Assembly (NCBI GenBank): GCA_038882955.1
Contig: JAVZNC010000001.1
Location: forward strand, 288,001 to 352,000
Direction of reading: 5' to 3'
Source of the DNA: Candidatus Bathyarchaeia archaeon
GTDB taxonomy: Archaea; Thermoproteota; Bathyarchaeia; Bathyarchaeales; Bathycorpusculaceae
Length of the DNA: 64,000 nt
Shown: in pieces, positions 20,194 through 30,043 of the stretch
Numbering within the stretch: the first letter of the stretch is position 1
How the letters are laid out: each line of letters begins with the position of its first letter
Notes under the pieces: model-generated
Seen by the model: only the letters and a program-made list of their open reading frames with translations
Databases searched by the model: none
Told to the model about the DNA's origin: nothing
Translations under genes and position numbers: made by a program

Positions 20194-21378
20194 TTGGGGT
20201 TGGATGATTTTAGGTTGAAATTGGAAATGGCGGTTGAGGAGTTTAGAACAGCTAAACCTAAAGAAGCCTTGATAATTCACCATGATGATGCTGATGGATT
20301 ATGCTCGGCAGCCATAACCTTGAGGGCTTTGGAAAGGGAAGGCGTAAAAGCCAAGACGTTCTGTCTTGAGAAGGTTTACACTGAAGTTATAGCGGACTTG
20401 CATTCAAAGAGTGGCGAAACGATTTTTTACGTTGATATTGGCTCCTCGCATGCAGATTTGATTTCAGAATTTAACAAGGGCAAGAACTTGACGATAATAC
20501 TTGACCATCACGACCCAAAGCCTTCGTCAGACCCAAAAGTTTTGGATTTAAACCTTGAAAATTACGGGTTTAGGGGCGAAACAGACTTTTCTGGGGCAAC
20601 ATGCTGCTACCTATTTGCGAAAGCCCTAAATGAAGAGAATTTTGAACTGAGCTATTTGGCTTTGGTTGGAAGTTGCGAAATTCCAGACGGTTTCCTAGCG
20701 ATAAACAAAATGGTTTTAGAAGAAGCCTTAAAAAGCGGAGTGGTTCAACAGAAAGGCAAAAATTTCGAAATACAAAAGCTGAAGACACGCTTGGACACGC
20801 TTTTCTCGAAACTTCAAATCTTGGGCGCCGTGGGCTACTATGAAGGCGGACCCGAAATCGGCGTAAAGGCTTGCCTTGAAGGCTTAAGTAAAGACGCGGA
20901 AAACATGGTTGAAGTTTTGGAGGCTAGGCGTAAGGAGGCAAACCGAAAAGTTTTGGCTAAGCTTTACCGTGAAAGGCTAATGGAAACGGAACACATCCAA
21001 TGGTTTGATGCGGGAGACATGTACCGTGGAATGGGAACAAAAGTGATTGGACAATTCTGCTCGTTTCTCGCTTACCAGAAGAGTCTAATAAAACCAGAAA
21101 AGTACATTTTGGGATTCGTGAACGTGCCTAGGGAAATCCCAAACTGGGGAACGCTAAGAGAATCATTTATTAAGGCTTCTGTGCGCGTGCCAAAAACAAT
21201 GCAGCCACTAATTGACAACGGCAAGCTTCCGGGAGCAGTTAACTTGCTGGAAAAGGCTTCTGAGGGATTTGGTGTTGCTGATGGACATCAGTACGCTGCA
21301 AACGTCATAGTGCCAACGGAGAAGAAGCATTTGCTATTGGAAAATGCGGAGAAGGAATTAGCGCGTTGGGTGCCTTAA
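20194..21378 (+). CDS. DHH-family phosphoesterase (RecJ-like)
   Basis: HHDDADG, YVDIGS, LDHH, degenerate DHHA1 motif (DGHQYAA). Confidence 0.85.
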   Translation: MGLDDFRLKLEMAVEEFRTAKPKEALIIHHDDADGLCSAAITLRALEREGVKAKTFCLEKVYTEVIADLHSKSGETIFYVDIGSSHADLISEFNKGKNLTIILDHHDPKPSSDPKVLDLNLENYGFRGETDFSGATCCYLFAKALNEENFELSYLALVGSCEIPDGFLAINKMVLEEALKSGVVQQKGKNFEIQKLKTRLDTLFSKLQILGAVGYYEGGPEIGVKACLEGLSKDAENMVEVLEARRKEANRKVLAKLYRERLMETEHIQWFDAGDMYRGMGTKVIGQFCSFLAYQKSLIKPEKYILGFVNVPREIPNWGTLRESFIKASVRVPKTMQPLIDNGKLPGAVNLLEKASEGFGVADGHQYAANVIVPTEKKHLLLENAEKELARWVP

Positions 21379-22757
21379 AATCCAGCCTTTACCGGATTCC
21401 GCACTTTCATAATTTCTCGCAATAGAACTGTGGCGTAGGAACCGCGAAGCAGCATAAAGTGCATTTTAACAGCGTTCTTTGAGGGATTGGTTGAATCCTT
21501 CAATATTTCGTCTAGTGCAAAGTTCCTTGATGGCGTTATCATAGTTCGAAGTTCGCCTTTTGAACTAATTTCTGGAATAGACTTAACTTTGAAGTTTTCT
21601 TGGAAGACGCCTTCCTCCTCCAAAATTTCCTTTTCTAGTTCGCCCTGAACTCCCCGTGAAGTTTTCTGTTTGAAGCCTACCAGTGGAAGCGCCAAGCGCA
21701 GCCGTCCACTCTTCAGAGACGTGTTCACATCGGCAAGTGTATTGGCGTCCACGCTCTTGTGCATTATTAGCACTGGAAGCCCGTTTCGTTCAACATTAAC
21801 CACGTAGTCGCCGACATCCGCCACGTTAAGTGGAAGACCGCGGCTTATTCTTGCACTTAGAAATTTGTTGAAGAGGTATGCTTGATACGCTTGTATAAAG
21901 AGCCGCAAAAGCTTGTTTGGTAGTCGCCTAAACGCTCCCACGTAGTCTTCTGGCTTTTTGGCTAAGTGCTCAAGCATTAAGCGTTCAAAACGTAGGCTTC
22001 GCGGAAAAATTTTTAGGGCTTTCCGGAAGTCTTGCGTAGCCAATAAAGCTTCTCTTGCTTGCCTCGATTCTGGATGCTCGTATTTACTTGTTTTTGCAAG
22101 AAAAAGCATCGCTGCTTTCCTAAATTTTCCTTGAATTAAGGCTTTACCAACAAGATGCGTTATTGGGCGGACTGTGCCGAACCGCTGGTGACCGAAAAAG
22201 TTTGGAACTCCACCCAAAGCTTCAATTTCTTCGATGGTCTTCTCTATTCGCGTTTTCACTGCGCTCTGCGAGTGCCTCACCATTCTGACAATGATGTTGA
22301 AGTCGTTGCCCAAGAGAAAGTACGGAGAGATTTTACCCTTAAAATATCCAACATTGCGGATTTCTATGCCGCTAACTTTAACTTTGGAGAGATTTTCAGC
22401 ATGTACATCTTCAATCGTGATGAATTGGGCGGTTAGGGCTTTTGCATCTTTTATTCCGGCAATCTGAATGCGCGTAGGACTTATGTCTAACTGTCTGGCA
22501 ATGGCTTTAACAGCCAAAAAATTGTCCCAGTTCCGCTTAACCAAAACGCACAGCAGATGGCGCGTTTCTATATTTGAAAGGTTAAAAGTTTTGGTTTCGC
22601 CAGTTTTAGGCGATGCCACTTTAGCCCTTGAACCGTCAATAAGCACCTCTTCAACAACGAAATCTTCAGGAAAAAGTTTGAGGACGCCGCCTATACCATT
22701 TGAGCGCGTGGCATAAACCTCAATTCCGATAAGCTTCTCAACCCTTGGAACAAGCAA
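21375..22757 (-). CDS. truD: tRNA pseudouridine(13) synthase
   Basis: PEDFVVEE, AGIKDAKALT, PNFFGHQRFG, GSYATVLLREIMK. Confidence 0.95.
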   Translation of the reverse strand: MLVPRVEKLIGIEVYATRSNGIGGVLKLFPEDFVVEEVLIDGSRAKVASPKTGETKTFNLSNIETRHLLCVLVKRNWDNFLAVKAIARQLDISPTRIQIAGIKDAKALTAQFITIEDVHAENLSKVKVSGIEIRNVGYFKGKISPYFLLGNDFNIIVRMVRHSQSAVKTRIEKTIEEIEALGGVPNFFGHQRFGTVRPITHLVGKALIQGKFRKAAMLFLAKTSKYEHPESRQAREALLATQDFRKALKIFPRSLRFERLMLEHLAKKPEDYVGAFRRLPNKLLRLFIQAYQAYLFNKFLSARISRGLPLNVADVGDYVVNVERNGLPVLIMHKSVDANTLADVNTSLKSGRLRLALPLVGFKQKTSRGVQGELEKEILEEEGVFQENFKVKSIPEISSKGELRTMITPSRNFALDEILKDSTNPSKNAVKMHFMLLRGSYATVLLREIMKVRNPVKAGF

Positions 22758-22768
22758 ACATTAAACCT

Positions 22769-23134
22769 CTAAAGAAGCGGAAGCAAACCAGTTATTTTGT
22801 CCACCTCTTCGGCTGGTGCTGGTCCAATTCCTAGACAGGTTATTGTTCCAGGCGGAACTTCTGTTAAGCCCCTATCAACTATTAGGGCGCATGGCAAGGC
22901 GAGTTCTTTCGCTTTCTTTTCCAAATCCAGAAGCTCTTTTTCGCTTTTCACTTTAACTGCTATCTTGCACTGTCCCTCGTTTATCCAAGCCTTCCACCAC
23001 GCTTGATGCTTTTTGCGGGCTTCTTCAGCTGCTGAAACTGCTGCGTGTCCAGCTTGCGCTGCAATCTTGCCCTTGCTCAATTTTAGGTCGGAACGAAAAA
23101 CTATGACTTGCTTGTAGCGAAATTCGGACATCAC
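22769..23134 (-). CDS. pth2: Peptidyl-tRNA hydrolase Pth2
   Basis: KGKIAAQAGHA, DRGLTEVPPGTITCLGIGP. Confidence 0.96.
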   Translation of the reverse strand: MMSEFRYKQVIVFRSDLKLSKGKIAAQAGHAAVSAAEEARKKHQAWWKAWINEGQCKIAVKVKSEKELLDLEKKAKELALPCALIVDRGLTEVPPGTITCLGIGPAPAEEVDKITGLLPLL

Positions 23135-23173
23135 GCTTACCGCCGTCTCTGTCAGTTCTGCCGTTCAAACATT

Positions 23174-24397
23174 TTAAAGCTTCGCAGAAAAGTATAGCGC
23201 AAAAAAAGCGAAGAGCGCCTGCAAAATTTTGGGTTTTGGCACTAGCTTCAGTAAGGCTTTTCCTTGAAAATCCAAGTCGCTAAAACTACGCAAATCTTCA
23301 TCCAAACCGAGCCTAACACAAGTTTTAACCAAAGAGTCCAGTTTCTCGTCGGAAATCGCATCGAGCATTCGCCTAACCCTAAACATAAAACTCACGTCAA
23401 AACCAAAACTTCTTTTAAAACGTTTCTGGTAATCGCCCAAGAACTTGGCTGAAACATCATCTGCAAGCAACGCCTCAAGCGCTGTTCCAGCCGCAATTTT
23501 TGCGCAATTCATGCCGAGAATTATGCCGCCGCCAGTAGTGGGTTTCACTTGTGAAGCTGCATCGCCAACAGCCAAAAAGCCGTTGGAAAATGTTTTCGGA
23601 ATGAATCCTCCAAGCGGTATTAGATGAAAAGCAGTATGCAGTATTTTCGCTGACTTTAACGCTTTTGAGGCAACAGGATGCTTTGACACAAAGCGATGTA
23701 AAAGTTCTTTTGGGTTTCCCTGTTTAGCGGCTAATCCAACCTTCGCTGTTCCATCCTTTCGTGGGATAATCCACGCGTAAAATCCAAGGGCGTAGGTGCT
23801 TCCAAGAAAAACTTGGACGCTGTCCGTTTCAACATCATGCAAACCTTCAACTTCAGCGTTTACCCCATTAACCAGCATAGACGCATCGGCGCACTTCAAC
23901 CCAGTCTGCCTTAAAATTCTCGCTGATACGCCTTCAGCGTCAACCACAATTTTTGCATGTTCACTTTTGCTGTTTCCATTTACGCTAAACTTTACGCCTT
24001 TAACATAACCATCTTCAATAATTAAGGACTCTGCACGCGTGTTCAAATGGTATTCTACACGGTGAGCCTTTGCCAGTTCTGCAATATGCCTGTCGAAAAG
24101 GGCACGATTGACAACGCATGTTGAGGGTTTCTGAAAGTGAACAGCAAATTCCACGCCATTCGGCGAATAAAATTTTGCTCCACAAAAAGTGTTTTCCACA
24201 ACTTTTGCTGGAAGCGGAAGCAAACCCAAATCGCTTAAGCCTTTAAGGCTTACATGACCACTACAGTGCGCTGGAAAGCCTATTTCACCGTGCTCTTCAA
24301 AGACCTTTACACGTACGCCGTGCTTCGCTAGGTTGAGCGCCGCAAATGAACCACATGGTCCGCCGCCGATAACTATTACTTCTGCGGATGAACTCAT
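23174..24397 (-). CDS. Geranylgeranyl reductase-family FAD oxidoreductase
   Basis: VIGGGPCG, YAWIIP, VGDAASQVKPTTGGGI. Confidence 0.9.
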   Translation of the reverse strand: MSSSAEVIVIGGGPCGSFAALNLAKHGVRVKVFEEHGEIGFPAHCSGHVSLKGLSDLGLLPLPAKVVENTFCGAKFYSPNGVEFAVHFQKPSTCVVNRALFDRHIAELAKAHRVEYHLNTRAESLIIEDGYVKGVKFSVNGNSKSEHAKIVVDAEGVSARILRQTGLKCADASMLVNGVNAEVEGLHDVETDSVQVFLGSTYALGFYAWIIPRKDGTAKVGLAAKQGNPKELLHRFVSKHPVASKALKSAKILHTAFHLIPLGGFIPKTFSNGFLAVGDAASQVKPTTGGGIILGMNCAKIAAGTALEALLADDVSAKFLGDYQKRFKRSFGFDVSFMFRVRRMLDAISDEKLDSLVKTCVRLGLDEDLRSFSDLDFQGKALLKLVPKPKILQALFAFFALYFSAKL

Positions 24398-24428
24398 CAA
24401 AAGCACTTGAAAGTTTTGTTTAGCGCTT

Positions 24429-24656
24429 TTATGTTAAGATTTCAACTCGCCTTTTCCCACGAGTCATCGAGGTAACACGCACTTTCCCGCCGATCTCTAA
24501 ACGCATCAGAAGCTTGTTGAAGTCCTTAAACCCTAAATCCTCAAACTCTTCGCCTAACACTTCAAAAAGTTCATCGTCTGTCATGGCACCCTTCTTCCGC
24601 AGAATCTCCAGTAAAACGAATTCGGCTGGATGCGTCTTCCAAGTCTTAACGGGCAA
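24429..24656 (-). CDS. Small winged-helix protein downstream of cdc48
   Basis: LLEILRKKGAMTDDELF...FNKLLMRLEIGGKVRV. Confidence 0.75.
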   Translation of the reverse strand: MPVKTWKTHPAEFVLLEILRKKGAMTDDELFEVLGEEFEDLGFKDFNKLLMRLEIGGKVRVTSMTRGKRRVEILT

Positions 24657-24670
24657 TGTTCACGCTTCTC

Positions 24671-26851
24671 CTAGGCAACTGGGGTTGCCGGTTTTTGCAC
24701 AACGCGGACTTGCTGCATAAAGCCCTTATACCATTTCTCCATGTCCGGCGTAATGGAAGGACCAATCTTCTTCAGTGCTTCTTGGAAATCAACTATGGAA
24801 ACTTCCTTCGCGTTCACGTCTCTTCGCAAGGCGTGCATCGCTGCTTCTCTGCACAACGCTTCAATATCAGCGCCAGAATAGTTCTTCGTCATCGCAACAA
24901 GCTGGTTTAGGTCAACGTCTTTGGCTAGCGGCATGTTCTTCGTGTAAATCTTGAATATCTGTAGGCGACTTTTCTCATCTGGCTCTGGCACATATATTAG
25001 CCGATCAAACCTTCCAGGGCGAAGAACGGCGGGGTCAACAATGTCTGGTCTGTTTGTGGCTGCTATCACGACTATGTCCTCCAGAGTGACTATGCCGTCC
25101 ATTTCCGTCAAGAGTTGGCTTATGACGCGTTCTGTTACGCCGCTGTCCGCGAAGCCCAAGCCCCTGCGTGGAACAAGCGAGTCAATCTCGTCGAAGAATA
25201 TTACCGCGGGCGCTGCCATTCTGGCTTTCCTGAAAACCTCACGTATTGCCTTTTCGGATTCCCCAACCCATTTGGAAAAGACCTCTGGACCCTTAATTGT
25301 TATGAAGTTAGCCTCGCTTTCGGTGGCAACAGCCCTAGCCAAAAGCGTCTTACCACAACCAGGCGGTCCATAAAGTAGGATGCCCTTTGGAGGCTTTATT
25401 CCTAGACGCTTGAATATGTCTGGGTTCTTCAGTGGCCATTCAACGGCTTCCTTAAGTTCTTGTTTAACTTCTTCCAGTCCGCCTATGTCTTCCCAGTGGA
25501 CTGTTGGCACTTCAATGTAGACTTCACGCATGGCTGTCGGCGTAACCTCCTTGTAGGCGCTTATGAAATCTTCCATTTTCACTTCCATCTTTTCCAGGAC
25601 GCTTGGCGGTATGCGCTCCTCCTCCAAGTTAATTTGCGGCAAGTATCGGCGCAGAGCTTTCATGGCTGTTTCTCGGCATAAAGCCGCAAGGTCAGCTCCA
25701 GTATAACCATGAGTCATCTCAGCCAACTTTTTAAGGTCAACATCCTCTGCCAATGGCATACCACGCGTATGAATCTGGAGAATCTCGTATCTCCCCTGCT
25801 TGTCTGGAACACCAATCTCAATTTCACGGTCGAATCTGCCAGGCCTACGAAGGGCTGGGTCAAGCGCGCCGGGACGGTTTGTTGCGCCTATTACTATGAC
25901 GTTTCCTCTCCCCGACAAACCGTCCATTAGGGCAAGGAGTTGCGCAACTACGCGCCTTTCAACTTCGCCTGTTACTTCTTCGCGTTTTGGCGCTATTGCG
26001 TCCAGTTCGTCTATAAATATTATGCTCGGCGCGTTTTGTTGGGCTTGCTGGAAAATCTCTCTAAGTCTAGCCTCTGATTCACCGTAGAACTTACTCATAA
26101 TTTCTGGACCGTTTATTGAGAAGAAGTTTGCTTCGGACTCATTTGCAACAGCCCTAGCCAAAAGCGTCTTACCACAACCAGGCGGTCCGTGAAGTAATAC
26201 GCCTTTTGGCGGTTCTATGCCTAACCTCTGGAAAAGTTCTGGATGCCTCAGTGGAAGTTCAACCATTTCCCTAACTCTTTGGATTTCCTCGTGCAGTCCG
26301 CCTATGTCCTCGTATGTTGTTCTCGGCAAGCCTTTTCCTTCTGGTGCCGGCTCATTCAAAATTGTTAGCCTTGTTTCTTGCGTGACTTTTATTATGCCGT
26401 GCGGGCGGGTTTTCGTTACTGTGAAGGGTATGGCGTGTCCGAGCATCATAACGAGAGTCGTGTCGCCCTCAACGAGGGTCCTCTCCATAAGGCGGTTCTT
26501 AACAAAATTTGTAAAATCCTCATCAACATTTAAACGCATGTCAACAGGCGCAAGGGTTACGCTTATTCCTTCCTTAACTTTAGCAGGTCTAACAATAACG
26601 TACTCGTTTATGGCTACTCCAGCGTTTTTGCGTGTAAAGCCGTCTATGCGTATTATGTCGCGGTTTTGGTCTTCGCTATAAGCCGGCCACGCTATGGCTG
26701 ATGTTGTCCTTTTTCCTACGATTTCGATTACGTCGCCGGCGGATATGCCGAGCTTCTGCATTGCTCTTTGGTCTATTCTGGCGATTCCTCTGCCTACATC
26801 CCTCTGTTTTGCGTCTCCAACGCGTAATTGTACTTCACTCAACCAGAACAC
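24671..26851 (-). CDS. cdc48: CDC48/VCP/VAT-family AAA+ ATPase
   Basis: N-domain plus two AAA modules (GPPGCGKT twice, IDELD/FDEID, RPGRFDR twice). Confidence 0.97.
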   Translation of the reverse strand: MFWLSEVQLRVGDAKQRDVGRGIARIDQRAMQKLGISAGDVIEIVGKRTTSAIAWPAYSEDQNRDIIRIDGFTRKNAGVAINEYVIVRPAKVKEGISVTLAPVDMRLNVDEDFTNFVKNRLMERTLVEGDTTLVMMLGHAIPFTVTKTRPHGIIKVTQETRLTILNEPAPEGKGLPRTTYEDIGGLHEEIQRVREMVELPLRHPELFQRLGIEPPKGVLLHGPPGCGKTLLARAVANESEANFFSINGPEIMSKFYGESEARLREIFQQAQQNAPSIIFIDELDAIAPKREEVTGEVERRVVAQLLALMDGLSGRGNVIVIGATNRPGALDPALRRPGRFDREIEIGVPDKQGRYEILQIHTRGMPLAEDVDLKKLAEMTHGYTGADLAALCRETAMKALRRYLPQINLEEERIPPSVLEKMEVKMEDFISAYKEVTPTAMREVYIEVPTVHWEDIGGLEEVKQELKEAVEWPLKNPDIFKRLGIKPPKGILLYGPPGCGKTLLARAVATESEANFITIKGPEVFSKWVGESEKAIREVFRKARMAAPAVIFFDEIDSLVPRRGLGFADSGVTERVISQLLTEMDGIVTLEDIVVIAATNRPDIVDPAVLRPGRFDRLIYVPEPDEKSRLQIFKIYTKNMPLAKDVDLNQLVAMTKNYSGADIEALCREAAMHALRRDVNAKEVSIVDFQEALKKIGPSITPDMEKWYKGFMQQVRVVQKPATPVA
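25326..26188. repeat. 44-nt exact direct repeat within cdc48 (25326-25369 and 26145-26188)
   Basis: GCAACAGCCCTAGCCAAAAGCGTCTTACCACAACCAGGCGGTCC occurs at both Walker A regions. Confidence 0.9.
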
Positions 26852-26927
26852 TTCCTTAAACGCGCGTATAGCACGTTTCGAAACAGAGCCTCAATCCTAT
26901 ATAAATGTTTTAGACTCTAAGTTAAGG

Positions 26928-27203
26928 TTATCTACTTATTCTACGCACCATAACCGTTTGAACTTGGCTTATTTCGCTTATTCCCTCAAATCTTTTTTCA
27001 AGCTCATCGAGCACGCCAGTCTTGTCCTCTGGAAACTTTATATGCGCTATTAAGGCGTTTAATCCGAAGGCAACTGGCTCTTCGCCATAGCCATAAACGG
27101 ATGCGAATTCTGGAAGACACCCTTCAATCTTCTTTTTTAAATCTTCAAAGTTCACGGTTATGTCTGTTGGAAAAATCTTGTACGAGACTATTACGCTTCC
27201 CAC
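26928..27203 (-). CDS. ef1b: Translation elongation factor aEF-1beta
   Basis: EEPVAFGLNAL motif; GTG start at 27203. Confidence 0.92.
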   Translation of the reverse strand: MGSVIVSYKIFPTDITVNFEDLKKKIEGCLPEFASVYGYGEEPVAFGLNALIAHIKFPEDKTGVLDELEKRFEGISEISQVQTVMVRRISR

Positions 27204-27225
27204 GTTTATACCTCCATCAATTATT

Positions 27226-27417
27226 TTATGGTCCAGTAAAGCCACATTTTGGACACTTATATGGACGACCAAATTTTCTACATTTGCCACATCGTCTAAT
27301 CACTATTTCGCCGCAGTTTGGACAAAGAAACTTTGTGGCTTCAGCTCCAGGCGGAATGGTTTTTCCACAACTTATACACGTAACCAACGTTATTGTTGCT
27401 GCTTTCTCGGCCATCAC
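27226..27417 (-). CDS. Small zinc-finger protein (DUF1610/HVO_2753-like)
   Basis: Four CxxC motifs ending CPKCGFTGP; usual position upstream of aEF-1beta. Confidence 0.9.
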   Translation of the reverse strand: MMAEKAATITLVTCISCGKTIPPGAEATKFLCPNCGEIVIRRCGKCRKFGRPYKCPKCGFTGP

Positions 27418-27549
27418 TATTCCTCAATGGTGGTTTCTCTAATTATCAAGCTCCCTTATAACTTATATGCTTCTGGCAGCGCTGAAAACGGCGTTTTCGC
27501 AAGTTTATTATCGCAGTTTTAATTCCTATATACGATGAGGTTAGGGTTT

Positions 27550-28590
27550 TTGGGCGTAAACCTCCGTGAAATCGTTCCGAAAACGGTTGTTAGGCTCGAG
27601 GATTTGAGTGGAAAATCCATAGCGATAGACGCTTACAACGCCCTATACCAATTTTTGGCAATTATTCGCCAGCCAGACGGCACACCATTGAAGGATAACA
27701 GCGGCAGAGTTACAAGCCATTTGAGCGGGTTGCTTTATAGAACAAGCAACTTGGTGGAGATGGGAATAAAACCCATATACGTTTTTGATGGAACACCGCC
27801 AGCGCTTAAGGAAATAGAGATAAAGAGACGCGTTAAAGCAAAGCAAGAAGCGCTAGTAAAGTATGAACAAGCCTTGAAGGAAGGCAAAATTGAAGAAGCG
27901 CGAATGTACGCGCAGGCAACATCAAGCTTAAAGGACTACATGGCTGAAGACAGCAAAAAGCTTTTGGATTTAATGGGCATTCCGTGGATTCAAGCGCCAA
28001 GCGAAGGCGAAGCCCAAGCAGCCCACATTGTCAAGCGTGGAGACGCAGACTACTGCGCAAGCCAAGACTATGACAGCTTGCTCTTCGGCGCACCTAGACT
28101 CGTGAGAAACGTTACAATTTCTGGAAGACGCAAACTTCCAGGCAAAAACGTGTTCATCGAAGTTGCGCCAGAAATCGTTGAACTTGAAAGCGTTTTAAAA
28201 GAGTGCGGAATAACGTATGAGCAGTTAGTTGATGTTGGAATTTTGATTGGAACGGACTTTAACCCAGAAGGCGTGAAGGGGCTTGGACCCAAAACTGCGC
28301 TTAAATTGGTTAAGGAGTACGGAAGTCTCGAAAACGCTTTGCCGTACATTAAAAATGCCGAGTTCCCGGTGGAGCCAAAGCGCATCAAGGAGATTTTCTT
28401 AAACCCCAAAATTACAGACAATTATGAGCTAGAGTGGAGAGAGCCAGACGTTGAAGGCGTTGTCCGCTTTATCTGTGGCGAGAGGGATTTCTCCGAGGAC
28501 CGCGTTAGAAAGGCGCTGGAGAAAATGCAGAAGGGAATTTCCAGACTCAGAGGGAAAACGACGTTGGAAAAGTGGTTTGGGCAACCTTAA
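27550..28590 (+). CDS. fen: Flap endonuclease 1
   Basis: DAYNALYQFL, APSEGEAQAA, SQDYDSLLFG, GTDFN, C-terminal PIP box TTLEKWF. Confidence 0.97.
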   Translation: MGVNLREIVPKTVVRLEDLSGKSIAIDAYNALYQFLAIIRQPDGTPLKDNSGRVTSHLSGLLYRTSNLVEMGIKPIYVFDGTPPALKEIEIKRRVKAKQEALVKYEQALKEGKIEEARMYAQATSSLKDYMAEDSKKLLDLMGIPWIQAPSEGEAQAAHIVKRGDADYCASQDYDSLLFGAPRLVRNVTISGRRKLPGKNVFIEVAPEIVELESVLKECGITYEQLVDVGILIGTDFNPEGVKGLGPKTALKLVKEYGSLENALPYIKNAEFPVEPKRIKEIFLNPKITDNYELEWREPDVEGVVRFICGERDFSEDRVRKALEKMQKGISRLRGKTTLEKWFGQP

Positions 28591-28651
28591 CCCTTATTAG
28601 ACTATTCTGGGCAAAACTGTAAATTCAAACTTTTAACCGAAGGAGACGCAA

Positions 28652-30040
28652 ATGAACAGAGAAAAGCCGAATTTACCAGAGCCTTTCAGGATAAAAATGG
28701 TTGAACGAATAAAGCTGCATCCACGAGAAATTAGAGAGAAACTCATCAGAGAAGCCGGCTATAACGTTTTCATGCTCAAAGCTGACGACGTCTTCATAGA
28801 CCTTTTAACAGACAGCGGAACCTCAGCTATGAGTGATGAACAGTGGGCTGGAATGATAAAGACTAGGCAAGCATACGCTGGAAGCGAAAGCTACTATTCT
28901 CTGGAAAGGGCAGTGAAGGACATTTTTGGCTTCAAATACCTCATTCCAGTGCATCAAGGGAGGGCAGCTGAAAACATACTCTTTTCCACGATGGTCTCTC
29001 CGGGCTGCTATGTTCCAAACAACATGCACTTTGACACGACAGAAGCCAACGTGCTTCTCAGAGGCGGCGTTCCAGTAAACCTGGTGGTTGAAGAAGCTTA
29101 TGATACACAGAAAATTTCGCCTTTCAAAGGCAACATGGACGTTGAAAAGCTTGAGAGGTTCATAAAAGAGAAGACTCCTGAAAAGATTCCGTTAATAATG
29201 ATTACCATAACAAATAATAGTGCTGGCGGTCAGCCGGTTTCCATGCAGAACATAAGGGCGGTCAGCGAAACTGCAAGAAAATATGGAATCCCGTTCTTTA
29301 TAGATGCTTGCCGATTTGCCGAAAACTGTTTCTTAATCAAAATGCGAGAGGAAGGATATCAAAACAAGAGTGTAAAAGAGATCGCGCGAGAACTCTTTTC
29401 CTACGCCGACGGTTGCACATTCAGCGGCAAGAAGGAGGCGCTTACAAACATAGGCGGAATGTTGTGCACAAACATAGAAGAGCTTTATGAGAAGTTCAAA
29501 ACCTTGGCAATAACAATCGAAGGCTTCATAACATACGGCGGATTGGCATGCCGAGAACTTGAGGCAATGGCTGTAGGCTTGTATGAAGCGATAGACGAAG
29601 AATACCAAGCGTACAGGCATCATCAAATAGAATTTTTCGCAAAGCTTCTACGAGACGGAGGCGTGCCCATAGTTGAGCCTCCCGGTGGACATGCTGTTTA
29701 CGTGGACGCGAAAAAGTTTCTGCCGCACATACCGCCAGAACAGTTTCCAGGGCAGGCGTTGGTTGTTCAGCTTTACATTGAGGCGGGGGTCAGAGCTGTG
29801 GAGTTGGGAAGCTCATGCTTCGGAAAGGTCGACGAGAAAACTGGAAAATTTATTCCAGCCAGAATGGAGCTTGTGCGACTTTCAATTCCTAGAAGAGTTT
29901 ACACGGACAATCATTTGAGGTATGTGGCTGAAAGTTTGATAAGACTGTATGAGAAGAGGGAACATATAAAAGGCTTGAAACGTGTTTACGCGCCTAAACT
30001 GTTGGGACACTTCACAGCGAGGTTTGAACCAGTAAGCTAA
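28652..30040 (+). CDS. tnaA: Tryptophanase (beta-eliminating lyase)
   Basis: EPFRIKMVE, IDLLTDSGT, HQGRAAE, SGKK PLP lysine. C-terminal HFTARF has His as in tryptophanase, not Phe as in tyrosine phenol-lyase. Confidence 0.82.
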   Translation: MNREKPNLPEPFRIKMVERIKLHPREIREKLIREAGYNVFMLKADDVFIDLLTDSGTSAMSDEQWAGMIKTRQAYAGSESYYSLERAVKDIFGFKYLIPVHQGRAAENILFSTMVSPGCYVPNNMHFDTTEANVLLRGGVPVNLVVEEAYDTQKISPFKGNMDVEKLERFIKEKTPEKIPLIMITITNNSAGGQPVSMQNIRAVSETARKYGIPFFIDACRFAENCFLIKMREEGYQNKSVKEIARELFSYADGCTFSGKKEALTNIGGMLCTNIEELYEKFKTLAITIEGFITYGGLACRELEAMAVGLYEAIDEEYQAYRHHQIEFFAKLLRDGGVPIVEPPGGHAVYVDAKKFLPHIPPEQFPGQALVVQLYIEAGVRAVELGSSCFGKVDEKTGKFIPARMELVRLSIPRRVYTDNHLRYVAESLIRLYEKREHIKGLKRVYAPKLLGHFTARFEPVS

Positions 30041-30043
30041 AAA

